Below, one piece after another: positions 11,734-20,898 of a stretch of DNA of 64,000 nucleotides (the stretch's first letter is position 1; every line of letters begins with the position of its first letter). The stretch is from contig OY782391.1 of assembly GCA_963677745.1 (NCBI GenBank), forward strand, positions 256,001-320,000, in the 5' to 3' direction. The DNA comes from Candidatus Altimarinota bacterium. Its GTDB lineage: Bacteria; Patescibacteriota; Gracilibacteria; UBA1369. The notes under the pieces are model-generated. The model did no database searches. It saw only the letters and a program-made list of their open reading frames with translations, and was not told the DNA's origin. The translations under genes were made by a program, and so were the position numbers.

Positions 11734-12372
11734 ATGTCCAACAACCAGCTGTTTAAATTTCTAAGTGTCTTTTTATTGGGAATGATCCTGGGCTATCTGA
11801 TCCGGGGTTTCAATTTCAGCCCCCAGGCTGTTTCGCAAATTACCGAGAACGGTTCCGTCAAAGCAATCGGAAATGAAAATGCTCCCGTCACCATCACCGA
11901 ATACAGTGATTTCCAGTGTCCGCTCTGCAAAAAATATTTTGACGACACCTATTCCCAAATTATCCGGGATTATGTTCAGACCGGAAAAGTGAAATATGTG
12001 TTCAAACATTTCCCCCTGAATATTCATCCGCAGGCAATCCCCGCAGCACTGTCCGCCGAATGCGCTCTGGAACAGAATAAATTCTGGGAAATGCATAATC
12101 TTCTTTTCCAAACCCAGAACGACTGGTCCGGCAAAAGCGACCATCTGGACACCTTCAAAAGACTGGCTGCCCAGCTGAATCTGAACACCGAACAATTCAA
12201 TCAGTGCCTGGACTCCAAAAAACACCAGGGAAACGTCGATAAAGATTATCAGGAAGGCCTATCCGGCTCAATCCGGGGAACGCCCACATTCTATATCAAT
12301 GACCAGATTCTGGTCGGAGCACAGGAAACATCCAAATTCACTGACGCACTGGACAGCCTGCTCAACAAATAA
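11734..12372 (+). CDS. DsbA-family thioredoxin-fold protein
   Basis: YSDFQCPLC, KHFPL, GTPTFYIN. Confidence 0.9.
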   Translation: MSNNQLFKFLSVFLLGMILGYLIRGFNFSPQAVSQITENGSVKAIGNENAPVTITEYSDFQCPLCKKYFDDTYSQIIRDYVQTGKVKYVFKHFPLNIHPQAIPAALSAECALEQNKFWEMHNLLFQTQNDWSGKSDHLDTFKRLAAQLNLNTEQFNQCLDSKKHQGNVDKDYQEGLSGSIRGTPTFYINDQILVGAQETSKFTDALDSLLNK

Positions 12373-12380
12373 AAGTCTGA

Positions 12381-13172
12381 TCAGGTCTGCAATAAAACTC
12401 TGTAGATAATCTGCGCTACGTCCCCCCTCAAAGCCGGGGCGTCGGGCTTATATAATTCCAGATTGGGATTATCATCAATCAGCTTCCTGGACAGCGCCGT
12501 ATTCACATAGGGATAATACCAGGCATCTTTATCCAGATCCTCAAACATATTCAGTACAGGAGTGGTGGAATCGGGAGTTATTTCAAAAGCTGACATGATT
12601 ATTTTCAAAGCTTCCGATTTGGTCAGGGATTCATCGGGATGAAATGACCCGTCCGTGTAACCGTTTACCCAGCCCTTTTCTTTGGCCATACAGACCGAAG
12701 GTGCAAACCATTGATTATTAACATCCTTAAAGCAGGAATTAAAATTGAGAGCCAAAGGATAAAGTTTTTTTGCGCCAACCAGAGTCTTGACCAGTTCAGC
12801 ACGTTTCAATTCCTGATAGGGCCGGAATGAATTGTCTTCAAAACCGCTGATTACGCCCATCTTTTTCAGATAGGCCAGGGAATCGAAATATTTGGAATCG
12901 GCCTTCACATCATCAAACAAGGGTTCCTCTGCCACCGGCTTCAGTTCTTCCTGCTGATTGAATACCAGCAAGGCTGATTTCACCGCATCCATAGTCTTGG
13001 GCATACCGACTACCGCCACAATCACCAGGATTGCCGAAAAGACCAGTGCGATCGGGAAAAAAGCAAAGATTTTGGTAAATGGATGTGTATCGGACTTTCC
13101 TTCGTTTACCTCATACTCCTGCTCAGCAGTCCAATTCAGCTTCTTTTTGTTGAATAGTTCTCTTAGTTTCAA
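12381..13172 (-). CDS. SLH domain protein
   Basis: TM segment followed by three SLH repeats (GFEDNSFRP..LKRAE; GYTDGSFHP). Confidence 0.85.
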   Translation of the reverse strand: MKLRELFNKKKLNWTAEQEYEVNEGKSDTHPFTKIFAFFPIALVFSAILVIVAVVGMPKTMDAVKSALLVFNQQEELKPVAEEPLFDDVKADSKYFDSLAYLKKMGVISGFEDNSFRPYQELKRAELVKTLVGAKKLYPLALNFNSCFKDVNNQWFAPSVCMAKEKGWVNGYTDGSFHPDESLTKSEALKIIMSAFEITPDSTTPVLNMFEDLDKDAWYYPYVNTALSRKLIDDNPNLELYKPDAPALRGDVAQIIYRVLLQT

Positions 13173-13248
13173 GGCTTATTGGGCAGTTATTGACTAATCA
13201 CGCTAGTATAACATACCAGCATTATTTGTCAATATAGCATGCCACCTT

Positions 13249-14409
13249 TTACTCCTTGTTCTTAACGACAAATTTCGGCTCATTTAAGGCCATATCCGTC
13301 TCATTACCCAGCTTGTCCGCATATTCCACTTCATAAACATGCAACAGGGTCATCAATAACACAAAAATCATGGGGCCATAAACGATTCCAATCAGCCCGA
13401 AAAGCAGGATTCCGCCAAAAACGGTCACAAAAGTGATCAAAGGATTGATCTTGGCTGTAGCTCCAATAAAAATCACCCTTAAAACGTTATCAACCGTACT
13501 GATGAGGGTAAATCCCCAAACCAGAACGAAAAGCCCCCAGATATTACCGCTGATAAGCATAATTATGCCCATCGGCAACCATATTATCGATGTCCCCACG
13601 GTGGGAACCAGTGAAAACAGTGAAACTGCCGTCCCCCAGAAAAAGGCGCTGGGTACTCCGGCTATGGAAAAACCGATCCAGGCCACCATTCCCTGTGCAA
13701 CCGCAGTTAAAAAGGTACCAAATATGGTGGCTTTGCTGATTTCGGAAAACTTTTGCACCAGCAATTTTTCATGCCTGAGGGGAATGGGACTGACCAATAG
13801 GATTTTTCGGAGCAGGTAGCGGCCGTCCTTATAAATAAAATAAAGAGTAAAGAACATCAGCAGCAGATTGAAAATCGAAACCCCCAGATCGGTCAGGAGC
13901 TTGGCGCTCTGTTTGGCGGCAAAAGTACTGACAAACTTGGCCGATTCGGTCAGGGCAGTGCGCAGACTCTCCATATTTTGCTGCACCAGAGCAGCCAGTT
14001 GTCCGCTATAGGAACCGGAAATATCATAAAAGAAATTCCCCTTCTGCCACTTCAAAATTTCGTTGTAATCAACATTCTGCAGATAAATATTGACGGTATT
14101 GTACAATTCCATTGCCTGCCCGATCAAAATCAGCACAAACAACAACAGCGGTATCACTATCACAAATACCACCAGCAAACAGGTCAGAGCCGAAGCCAGG
14201 CGTTTTTTGCCGTTTAACCAGACCTCGAATTTGGCATAAATCGGGAAAGTTATGGTCGCAACAATCACCGAAAAAATCAAAACATCCAGAAAAGGGCCGA
14301 TTACATCCAATAGCCTCAGTGCCAGCCAGATAATTGCCGCAAACAGAAAATAAGCCGGCAACTTTTCCAGAACCAGCGAATCTCCCGAAAATAAAGCGCG
14401 CTTTTTCAT
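13249..14409 (-). CDS. AI-2E family transporter
   Basis: Multi-TM; LVPTVG, STVDNVLR, GGILLFGLIGIVYGP. Confidence 0.9.
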   Translation of the reverse strand: MKKRALFSGDSLVLEKLPAYFLFAAIIWLALRLLDVIGPFLDVLIFSVIVATITFPIYAKFEVWLNGKKRLASALTCLLVVFVIVIPLLLFVLILIGQAMELYNTVNIYLQNVDYNEILKWQKGNFFYDISGSYSGQLAALVQQNMESLRTALTESAKFVSTFAAKQSAKLLTDLGVSIFNLLLMFFTLYFIYKDGRYLLRKILLVSPIPLRHEKLLVQKFSEISKATIFGTFLTAVAQGMVAWIGFSIAGVPSAFFWGTAVSLFSLVPTVGTSIIWLPMGIIMLISGNIWGLFVLVWGFTLISTVDNVLRVIFIGATAKINPLITFVTVFGGILLFGLIGIVYGPMIFVLLMTLLHVYEVEYADKLGNETDMALNEPKFVVKNKE

Positions 14410-14495
14410 TTTTATTGAGATATTTATATTTTACCTGGGCAGTATAAACGGAGGCCGTCAAAAAGTGAAGAAAATGCCTGGACCCGATATTATGT

Positions 14496-15251
14496 TCAGG
14501 CAACCGGGGCACTGAACAACAAACCGATAAAATAACCAAAAAGCGCCGACAGAATACCTATCAGCACAATCTGCAGACCGCCCCTGTACCATTTTCCGAT
14601 GGTCAGACGGGCCTTGACCGCGCCCAGAACAAAGAGCGCCAAAGCCGAAACTCCAACGGATATGTAAGCCGCCCAACTGACCGCCCCGGCAAAATCAATT
14701 TTACCGGTATAAAACACAGCAAAAGGAATCAGGGGAATCAGGGCTCCAAACAGAGAGGCCAGGCCGATCAGGACAGCGGCCTTATAAGGTTTTTTACTGT
14801 CCACCGGCGACAATGCCAGCTCCTCCCGCATCATGGTATCCAGCCAAAGCTTACGGTCGGAAGTGATGGCTTGGACCAATTGGTCGAGCAGTTTCCCCTT
14901 AAATCCTTTTTTTTGGTAAATTTCACGAATTTCACATATTTCCACCTCCGGCATATGGTCAATTTCATATTTTTCCTGTTTGAGAGCACTTATATAGAAA
15001 TCTCTCTCGGCCAGATTGCTGGTGTAACCTACCGCAGCCATGGAAACGGCTTCAGCCACTGCTCCCGCCAGCGCGCCACCCATAATGATGCGAAAATCCT
15101 GACTGGCAGCGGCAATTCCCAAAATCACGCCCAGTGTATTCACCAGTCCGTCCTGTCCACCCAATATGACATCACTCAACCTCTCCCCGGTATTTTTATG
15201 ATTATGTTCGCCCTTGTGGCTGGCACAACTTTTCGAAGCTGTTTTGTTCAT
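14496..15251 (-). CDS. VIT1/CCC1 family metal transporter
   Basis: DVILGGQDGLV, SMAAVGY, MMREEL. Confidence 0.92.
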   Translation of the reverse strand: MNKTASKSCASHKGEHNHKNTGERLSDVILGGQDGLVNTLGVILGIAAASQDFRIIMGGALAGAVAEAVSMAAVGYTSNLAERDFYISALKQEKYEIDHMPEVEICEIREIYQKKGFKGKLLDQLVQAITSDRKLWLDTMMREELALSPVDSKKPYKAAVLIGLASLFGALIPLIPFAVFYTGKIDFAGAVSWAAYISVGVSALALFVLGAVKARLTIGKWYRGGLQIVLIGILSALFGYFIGLLFSAPVA

Positions 15252-15266
15252 TAAAATTTTTATTTC

Positions 15267-15343
15267 TGGTGTACCCGGCGCGGTTCGAACGCGCGACCTC
15301 AGCCTCCGGAGGGCTGCGCTCTATCCAGCTGAGCTACGGGTAC
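15267..15343 (-). tRNA. tRNA-Arg(CCG)
   Basis: Cloverleaf GTACCCG...CGGGTAC-ACCA; anticodon arm CAGCC-CTCCGGA-GGCTG; GTTCGAA T-loop. Confidence 0.97.
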
Positions 15344-15411
15344 GCATGTCTTTTTTACACTTTTTGGAAGATTAACTCAAGAATTCCGTATTAAGCGTCT
15401 GACCTAAGTCG

Positions 15412-15900
15412 TTAGATTTTCGGGTCTGATAAAAAATGTTCCAAATTATAGTCCAACGGCAGCAGATATTCCAATTTGATTTTCCCTATTTGTCCTCTCA
15501 CACCTGCCATTATCACGAAAGCTTCCCGCCCTGATTTGCCTAATTCCAGCAAATCCTGCCGGCAAGGTCCACAGGGAACCATTATTCTTTCCGTCTGAGC
15601 TCCTTTCAACCCGCCAACTACGGTTACCCTTTTTAATCCTGAACTTAATCCAGCGTTGGAGATGCGTCCAATGGCATTCTTCTCGGCATGCCAGCCTGTC
15701 GAGGCTTTTCTCTCGAAATTCCAGCCGTCACTGCACTCCCCGTTATACATCCGTAAACAGGCTCCCACCATCAAACCTGACAAAGGAGCTGAAGCCAATT
15801 TTCTGGCTTCTTCGGCCAGCATTAAATCTTCCTGTTCCTGCAGAGTCAGCTCATTCCGATCCATTAAGTCCCAGGAGTATTCAGCCGTGACGTGTCTCAT
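15412..15900 (-). CDS. Cytidine deaminase-like protein
   Basis: APLS...VGA, HAE and PCGPCRQ zinc motifs. Confidence 0.8.
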   Translation of the reverse strand: MRHVTAEYSWDLMDRNELTLQEQEDLMLAEEARKLASAPLSGLMVGACLRMYNGECSDGWNFERKASTGWHAEKNAIGRISNAGLSSGLKRVTVVGGLKGAQTERIMVPCGPCRQDLLELGKSGREAFVIMAGVRGQIGKIKLEYLLPLDYNLEHFLSDPKI

Positions 15901-15992
15901 AGAACGAATTGTAATTATGTAAAGGTTGTAATCTTACTAAAAACCGGCTGCGGAATCAAGAATATCAATTGGCTTGCATTTTCCGGCGGGAT

Positions 15993-16024
15993 GTAATATA
16001 TTTCTTACGTAATATATTTCTTAC
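15993..16024 (+). promoter_or_regulatory. Tandem operator overlapping a -10 box, probably bound by the downstream XRE regulator
   Basis: GTAATATATTTCTTAC repeated exactly twice, each copy GTAA-N8-TTAC; overlaps TTGCAT-17-TATATT. Confidence 0.65.
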
Positions 16025-16046
16025 ATTATTACATAACATCACCACT

Positions 16047-16475
16047 ATGATCGGCAAAGCAAAATGGTTCAAAAGACGCAAATACGGAGGATGGGGGCTT
16101 TCCCCGAAGACCTGGCAGGGCTGGGCCTACCTGGCCGTATTGATCGGTCTGTGCGCAATTATTCAGTTTTTCCCGGTTGGAGACGCCCAACAGAAAACCA
16201 TCGCCATCCTGGTACTGGTATTTCTGGTGATTCTGGACGTGATCGACATTATGATTCATCTGCCGATGGACGAACGTGACCGTCTGCACGAAGCTGCCGC
16301 CGAAAGAAACGCCCTCTGGGTGATGTTGAGCGTACTGGTGGCCGGAGTGGGATATCAGGCCGCCACCAGTCTCTCCAGTGAAGGTCCGCAAATCGACCCC
16401 GTCATCATTATCGCCATTCTGGCGGCAGTGATTGCCAAAGCCATCACCAATATCTATTTAGACCGTAAAAACTAA
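16047..16475 (+). CDS. Membrane protein
   Basis: [18 protein letters not shown], four TM segments, DERD motif; stop overlaps the XRE gene start. Confidence 0.8.
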   Translation: MIGKAKWFKRRKYGGWGLSPKTWQGWAYLAVLIGLCAIIQFFPVGDAQQKTIAILVLVFLVILDVIDIMIHLPMDERDRLHEAAAERNALWVMLSVLVAGVGYQAATSLSSEGPQIDPVIIIAILAAVIAKAITNIYLDRKN

Positions 16476-16666
16476 TGAAAAACCGCATAGCACAACTCAG
16501 AAAAGAAATCGGTCTGACCCAGGAACAACTGGCTGAAGAAATCGGAGCGACCCGCCAGACCGTGATTGCCCTGGAACAAAACCGCTACAATCCCTCACTG
16601 GGCCTGGCCCACGGCATCACCAAAGCCCTCAAACAGCAAAGAATTGAGGATGTGTTTCAGCTATAA
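16475..16666 (+). CDS. XRE-family HTH regulator
   Basis: [29 protein letters not shown]. Confidence 0.93.
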   Translation: MKNRIAQLRKEIGLTQEQLAEEIGATRQTVIALEQNRYNPSLGLAHGITKALKQQRIEDVFQL

Positions 16667-16764
16667 AATTTTCCCGGGTTACTCCGGCCCTTTAATGTGG
16701 CTGATTGCCAATTTAAGACAAACAAGTCATTATGAAGCTGCCTTATCCGGATAATTATTTAAAT

Positions 16765-17247
16765 ATGACCAAAGCCCAACATCAGCCCGAATGCTGCCCC
16801 AAGTTTGATCCGGCCCCCTGGGACGAAAAACATCACGAATGGCATGGTAAAAAATTCATCGAAGACAAAGTATTCACGCTGTTCTACATGCCCATCAATT
16901 TCGGCCAAGTCATGACCCGGATGATGAAAAAGGTGGATGCAGCCGGCGCCCGGACCCCCGAGTATCTGTGCCTGTCCGAACACACTTCCCCCTGGAATAT
17001 GGACATTTTTCTGGCCGTGGACAAAGACATACCCCATACCAAACATGCCACGATCAGCGGCAAGTTCATCAGCAAAGTCTATGAAGGACAGTTCAAGGAC
17101 ACCGGCAAATGGATGAAGGACTTCGATCAATACGTCAAAAACAAAAAGCTGGAACTGAAGAAAATGTACATGTGGTACACCACCTGCCCCAAATGTGCCA
17201 AAAAATACGGCAAAAACTATGTGGTAATCCTGGGAGAAATCAAATAA
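16765..17247 (+). CDS. Conserved protein, GyrI-like small-molecule binding fold
   Basis: CCPKFDP, SKVYEG, YTTCPKCAKKYGKNYVV. Confidence 0.75.
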   Translation: MTKAQHQPECCPKFDPAPWDEKHHEWHGKKFIEDKVFTLFYMPINFGQVMTRMMKKVDAAGARTPEYLCLSEHTSPWNMDIFLAVDKDIPHTKHATISGKFISKVYEGQFKDTGKWMKDFDQYVKNKKLELKKMYMWYTTCPKCAKKYGKNYVVILGEIK

Positions 17248-17260
17248 TTAACCTAATCAT

Positions 17261-17491
17261 ATGAACAATCCCCCTCTCTGGTTTTATTCAATCGCTCCTT
17301 TCTTTCCCCTGTTGATTCTGTGGAGTATTTTTTGGAAAGGCCTGGCCCTCTGGCACTCAGCCCGCCGCGGACAGCCCTGGTGGTTCGTCATTCTGATGGT
17401 TGTAAACACCGTCGGCATCCTGGAAATCGTCTACCTGTTTGCCGTCGCCAAGCTGAAAAGCTCAGAGCTGTTCAGTAAGAAGAAATCCTGA
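17261..17491 (+). CDS. DUF5652-like small membrane protein
   Basis: WKGLALWHSARR..WF...NTVGILEIVY. Confidence 0.85.
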   Translation: MNNPPLWFYSIAPFFPLLILWSIFWKGLALWHSARRGQPWWFVILMVVNTVGILEIVYLFAVAKLKSSELFSKKKS

Positions 17492-17665
17492 AACCGCCCA
17501 ACATATTTGAATTACCTGTTACACCGACTTGACTCTTGAGCCGATACGTGTTTTAATTACCCATCCTGTACCCGGTAGTTTGTCTGACCACAGCGATGTA
17601 GTCACAGCTCCGTGCAGGTGTTCGTTGGTAGCAAGGTCACACAACCCAATGGGAGTATAGGCGCT

Positions 17666-17878
17666 ATGAAAAAAAACGCGAAGTATGCATTGATGTATGC
17701 CAAGGACCTCAGCATCCCCCCGAATGCGGAACAGAAAAACACCGAGATCGTGGAGTTCCGTACGTTGATCGGCCTGCTGTGGTTCCTTGTCTGGAACAAG
17801 GTCGCCCGGAGGGCCCTGAGTGCCGGACGGGTCCTGCCGATCAGGATCAAGAAAGATTCCCCGGCCAAGGAGGTGTGA
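17666..17878 (+). CDS. Small orphan protein within a structured GC-rich cassette (coding status uncertain)
   Basis: GGGAG SD-like site, own TTGACT-17-TTTAAT promoter, short hydrophobic stretch LIGLLWFLVW. Confidence 0.45.
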   Translation: MKKNAKYALMYAKDLSIPPNAEQKNTEIVEFRTLIGLLWFLVWNKVARRALSAGRVLPIRIKKDSPAKEV

Positions 17879-18070
17879 CAGTATGCCGTCCGAAAGGACA
17901 ACAACGAAGCATCGTCAGGGCGGCGGTTCACAAAACCGCCGCCCGAAAGCTTCCATAAACCCCCGAAAACCAGTAATAACACCCCTGCCGAAAGTGTGGA
18001 CTTTTTGGCTGTTTTTTTGATAGAATAACCAATCATTCCAACTCACCTTTAAACCATTTAACAAAAACCT

Positions 18071-18511
18071 ATGATTGATTTTTTAAACCAATTGGCACCG
18101 GATTTTTCGCTCAAAGACCAGGAAGGCACCCCCCATAAACTCTCCGATTACAGGGGCGGACTGGTTCTGCTCTATTTCTATCCAAAGGACATGACTCCCG
18201 GATGCACCAAAGAAGCACAGTGTTTCAGGGACAGACTTAATGATCTGAAAGACCTGAATGTCCAGGTTCTGGGAATCAGCATCGATAATGAAAAATCCCA
18301 TAAAAAATTTGCGGAAAAGGAACATCTGAATTTTCCGATTCTGTCGGACACGGATAAAAGCGCCGTCAGGGAATATGGCGTCCGTAAAGGACCCTTTACC
18401 AAAAGAGAATCCTTCCTGATCGACCAAAATGGCATGATTATCAAACATTACAGGAAAGTAAACCCACAGGAACACGCCGAGGAAGTGCTCGGGGATGTGA
18501 AGGCTTTGTAG
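18071..18511 (+). CDS. bcp: Peroxiredoxin BCP/PrxQ
   Basis: YFYPKDMTPGCTKEAQCFRD. Confidence 0.93.
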   Translation: MIDFLNQLAPDFSLKDQEGTPHKLSDYRGGLVLLYFYPKDMTPGCTKEAQCFRDRLNDLKDLNVQVLGISIDNEKSHKKFAEKEHLNFPILSDTDKSAVREYGVRKGPFTKRESFLIDQNGMIIKHYRKVNPQEHAEEVLGDVKAL

Positions 18512-18518
18512 AATTCTT

Positions 18519-19169
18519 TTACTCTTTGTGGAGTCCCCCTAGCCTGATGATTTTGTCGTTCCCGGTGACAGTCCTGAATATGGCCAGCCTGCGCAGCCAA
18601 CCGGAAAGTGTCAGTTTGTTTCTTTTCGACCGGGAAGGGACGTATTTCTTGTCCACTTCGATCGGCTTTACGAAAGCCATTCCCTCCAGCACGCCCACCG
18701 CTCCTCCGTCAGTCAGCGGATTATCACCAACCATCCAAGTGCTTTCAGGATCAAAATCCATGCTCCGACAAACTTCTATAAATCCCGAGGCTGCTGGTTT
18801 GGCTTTATTGCCGGAGTAAATCGGGATGTCCATCTCCCGCAGAGGATTAAGTCTTTCCATACCTTTGCAATTGGAATAAACGCCGAAACGCATTCCACTG
18901 CTTTTCAGGTTATCGATATGCCCCAGATTTTTATCCAGGATCGGCCCATAGGGAGGGGCAATGCAGGCGTCCACGTCCAATAACACATCCAGTAGAGCTT
19001 TGCCGGTCACACAACGCAAAGTGTACACTTCAAAATCGGTAAACTGCTCCAGATAAGCATCAGCGTCGGTAGTCTTACCCAAAATTCCAACGCTTAAAAA
19101 GTGCGCCAGTTTGTCGAAATTTATCCCCTCACGATCGGTTTCAGAAGCAAGGACAAGTTCTTTTCCCAT
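18519..19169 (-). CDS. HAD-superfamily hydrolase, YqeG-like
   Basis: LLDVDAC, YSN, AKP, WMVGDNPLTD. Confidence 0.8.
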   Translation of the reverse strand: MGKELVLASETDREGINFDKLAHFLSVGILGKTTDADAYLEQFTDFEVYTLRCVTGKALLDVLLDVDACIAPPYGPILDKNLGHIDNLKSSGMRFGVYSNCKGMERLNPLREMDIPIYSGNKAKPAASGFIEVCRSMDFDPESTWMVGDNPLTDGGAVGVLEGMAFVKPIEVDKKYVPSRSKRNKLTLSGWLRRLAIFRTVTGNDKIIRLGGLHKE

Positions 19170-19246
19170 GATTATGAGGTTAATTACTACAAAATAAGGA
19201 GACAACATAATAAAAAAGGCATTTTATGTCAAATGGGAGAGACGGA

Positions 19247-19648
19247 TTAAACCGACAGCCTCTTCATTATATTTTTCAATTCATCGTTCCTATCCAAGTT
19301 TACGATTATCAACCTGTCATTTAAAGATTTAGTAGTAATAATCCCCACCTCAGCCCGCATAGGATTGTCATCAAGCCAATAAAAATCAGACAAAAAATCA
19401 ATCGCCTCAGTTTTTAAGGTATTCCAGAATGTTGGCTTCAGTGCCTGCAATTTTTCTATAACCGCTTGATCAAAATATTTCGAAAGACGATTCAATACCG
19501 CCTTTGTATCGCCTTTGCAGTGAGTCGTTAACCAATAACAATCAAAATTATCGATAATATAATCAATAAACGGCAAAACGTGATCAGCAGTTCGAGTTTC
19601 CTTTGCCGTTAATAGGACTCCATCGACATCTAAATACAGTTTTTTCAT
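19247..19648 (-). CDS. HAD-like domain protein
   Basis: LYLDVDGVL, WLTT, FYWLDD; AT-rich, next to the tRNA-Gln element. Confidence 0.75.
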   Translation of the reverse strand: MKKLYLDVDGVLLTAKETRTADHVLPFIDYIIDNFDCYWLTTHCKGDTKAVLNRLSKYFDQAVIEKLQALKPTFWNTLKTEAIDFLSDFYWLDDNPMRAEVGIITTKSLNDRLIIVNLDRNDELKNIMKRLSV

Positions 19649-19718
19649 GAATACCAACTTACATTGGAGAACTTTAATTAAAGTACAACAATAAACGCGG
19701 AAACGACAATCACATTGC

Positions 19719-19999
19719 TGACTGGGGATGATGTGTATTTTTCCCGCTGCGCGGCAAAAAAGCGTTCTTGCTCGCTCACCAATGTGGAAACATGGCTTCC
19801 CCACCGGTTTCGCTCGCTTCGACCGCCGAACCCGCTGCTTCTTTGAAGCAGGGTTCTCCTCCCCCTATTTCACAGAACCAAAAGAATTTAGTGGCCGCAA
19901 TACAAGGAAACAAACGACGAGACGAACAAAACCTACGCCCGTAGGTGTGTGAGCGAGGAGCGCCGTTGACGCAGTAGTGCGGTCTCTAAATTCTTTTGG
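19719..19999 (-). mobile_element. Structured remnant bounded by a duplicated tRNA-Gln 3' end
   Basis: TGACTGGGGATGA (19719-19731) versus tRNA end TGGCTGGGGATGA (19997-20009); 26-nt inverted repeat 19878-19903/19974-19999. Confidence 0.55.
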
Positions 20000-20070
20000 C
20001 TGGGGATGAGGGATTCGAACCCCCGGTGCCGCCTCCAGAGGGCGGAGCCTTACCACTTGGCCAATCCCCA
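19997..20070 (-). tRNA. tRNA-Gln(CTG)
   Basis: TGGGGAT...ATCCCCA-GCCA; anticodon arm CCGCC-CTCTGGA-GGCGG. Confidence 0.96.
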
Positions 20071-20153
20071 GCAATGCCGAGCCGTAGCTGGTCTTTTTCG
20101 GCGCGCATAAATTACACCAAACCCGGCAAATTGCAAAATTTTTTCATCTAAAT

Positions 20154-20771
20154 CTATACCAACAGCCCTCCGGAATCACTGAAATGTATTCCCGCCCGCT
20201 CGGCCCGGCTTTTGATCAACCCCTCCACATCCATATAACAACGCTCAATCTGTCCCTCATAATTGGTAAACTGATAGTCAAAATGCTTGGCTTCAGCCAT
20301 CTCCAGTTCTGCGCTTTGCATGCGGCGTTTCATTTCTTCCTCCGGCAGTTTGCCACGATGCTCGATCCTGGCACGCAAAACATCCATATTCTGCGGTTTG
20401 ATAAATATCAGCAAAAGTTGCTCTCTTGGCACCACCTCCTTGATACTCTTGGCTCCCTGAATATCGACCTCCCTGATCACCAGCCTGCCCTCATCCAAAC
20501 CTTTTTCAATCATATCCCGTCGGGTTCCATAGTAGTCTTTCTGATGTACCTGCGCCCATTCCAGAAACTCCCCCTGATCGATCCCCTTTTTGAATTCATC
20601 CACCGTTACAAAGTGATACTGTTCACCGTCTTTCTCACCCGGGCGCATGGCCCTGGTGGTATGGGATAAGACAAAAACCGCCTGAGATAACCTTTTCTTA
20701 AGCAAATCTATAATAGTTCCCTTGCCCACTCCGGAGGGCCCCGAAATGACTACAAACAATCCTTTCGCCAT
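20154..20771 (-). CDS. gmk: Guanylate kinase
   Basis: SGPSGVGKGT, SHTTRAMRPGEKDG.QYHF, YYGT. Confidence 0.97.
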   Translation of the reverse strand: MAKGLFVVISGPSGVGKGTIIDLLKKRLSQAVFVLSHTTRAMRPGEKDGEQYHFVTVDEFKKGIDQGEFLEWAQVHQKDYYGTRRDMIEKGLDEGRLVIREVDIQGAKSIKEVVPREQLLLIFIKPQNMDVLRARIEHRGKLPEEEMKRRMQSAELEMAEAKHFDYQFTNYEGQIERCYMDVEGLIKSRAERAGIHFSDSGGLLV

Positions 20772-20776
20772 AGGTA

Positions 20777-20892
20777 TTGACAAGTTATTGTATTGGTTTA
20801 TAATATTATGATTCTTTGATTAATTGACCTCCTGAAAATAAATCCTGAAACATACTAGCAGATTTGATCGGAAAGACAAAAAATGATATAAT
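20777..20892 (+). promoter_or_regulatory. Tandem sigma70 promoters
   Basis: TTGACA-16-TATAAT (20777-20804) and TTGATC-17-TATAAT with extended TG (20864-20892). Confidence 0.75.
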
Positions 20893-20898
20893 GCAGGG

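Noticed and set aside
17876-17946. Hammerhead ribozyme or group II intron D5/D6
   Set aside because: No CUGANGA core and no AGC/CGC triad with an AY bulge
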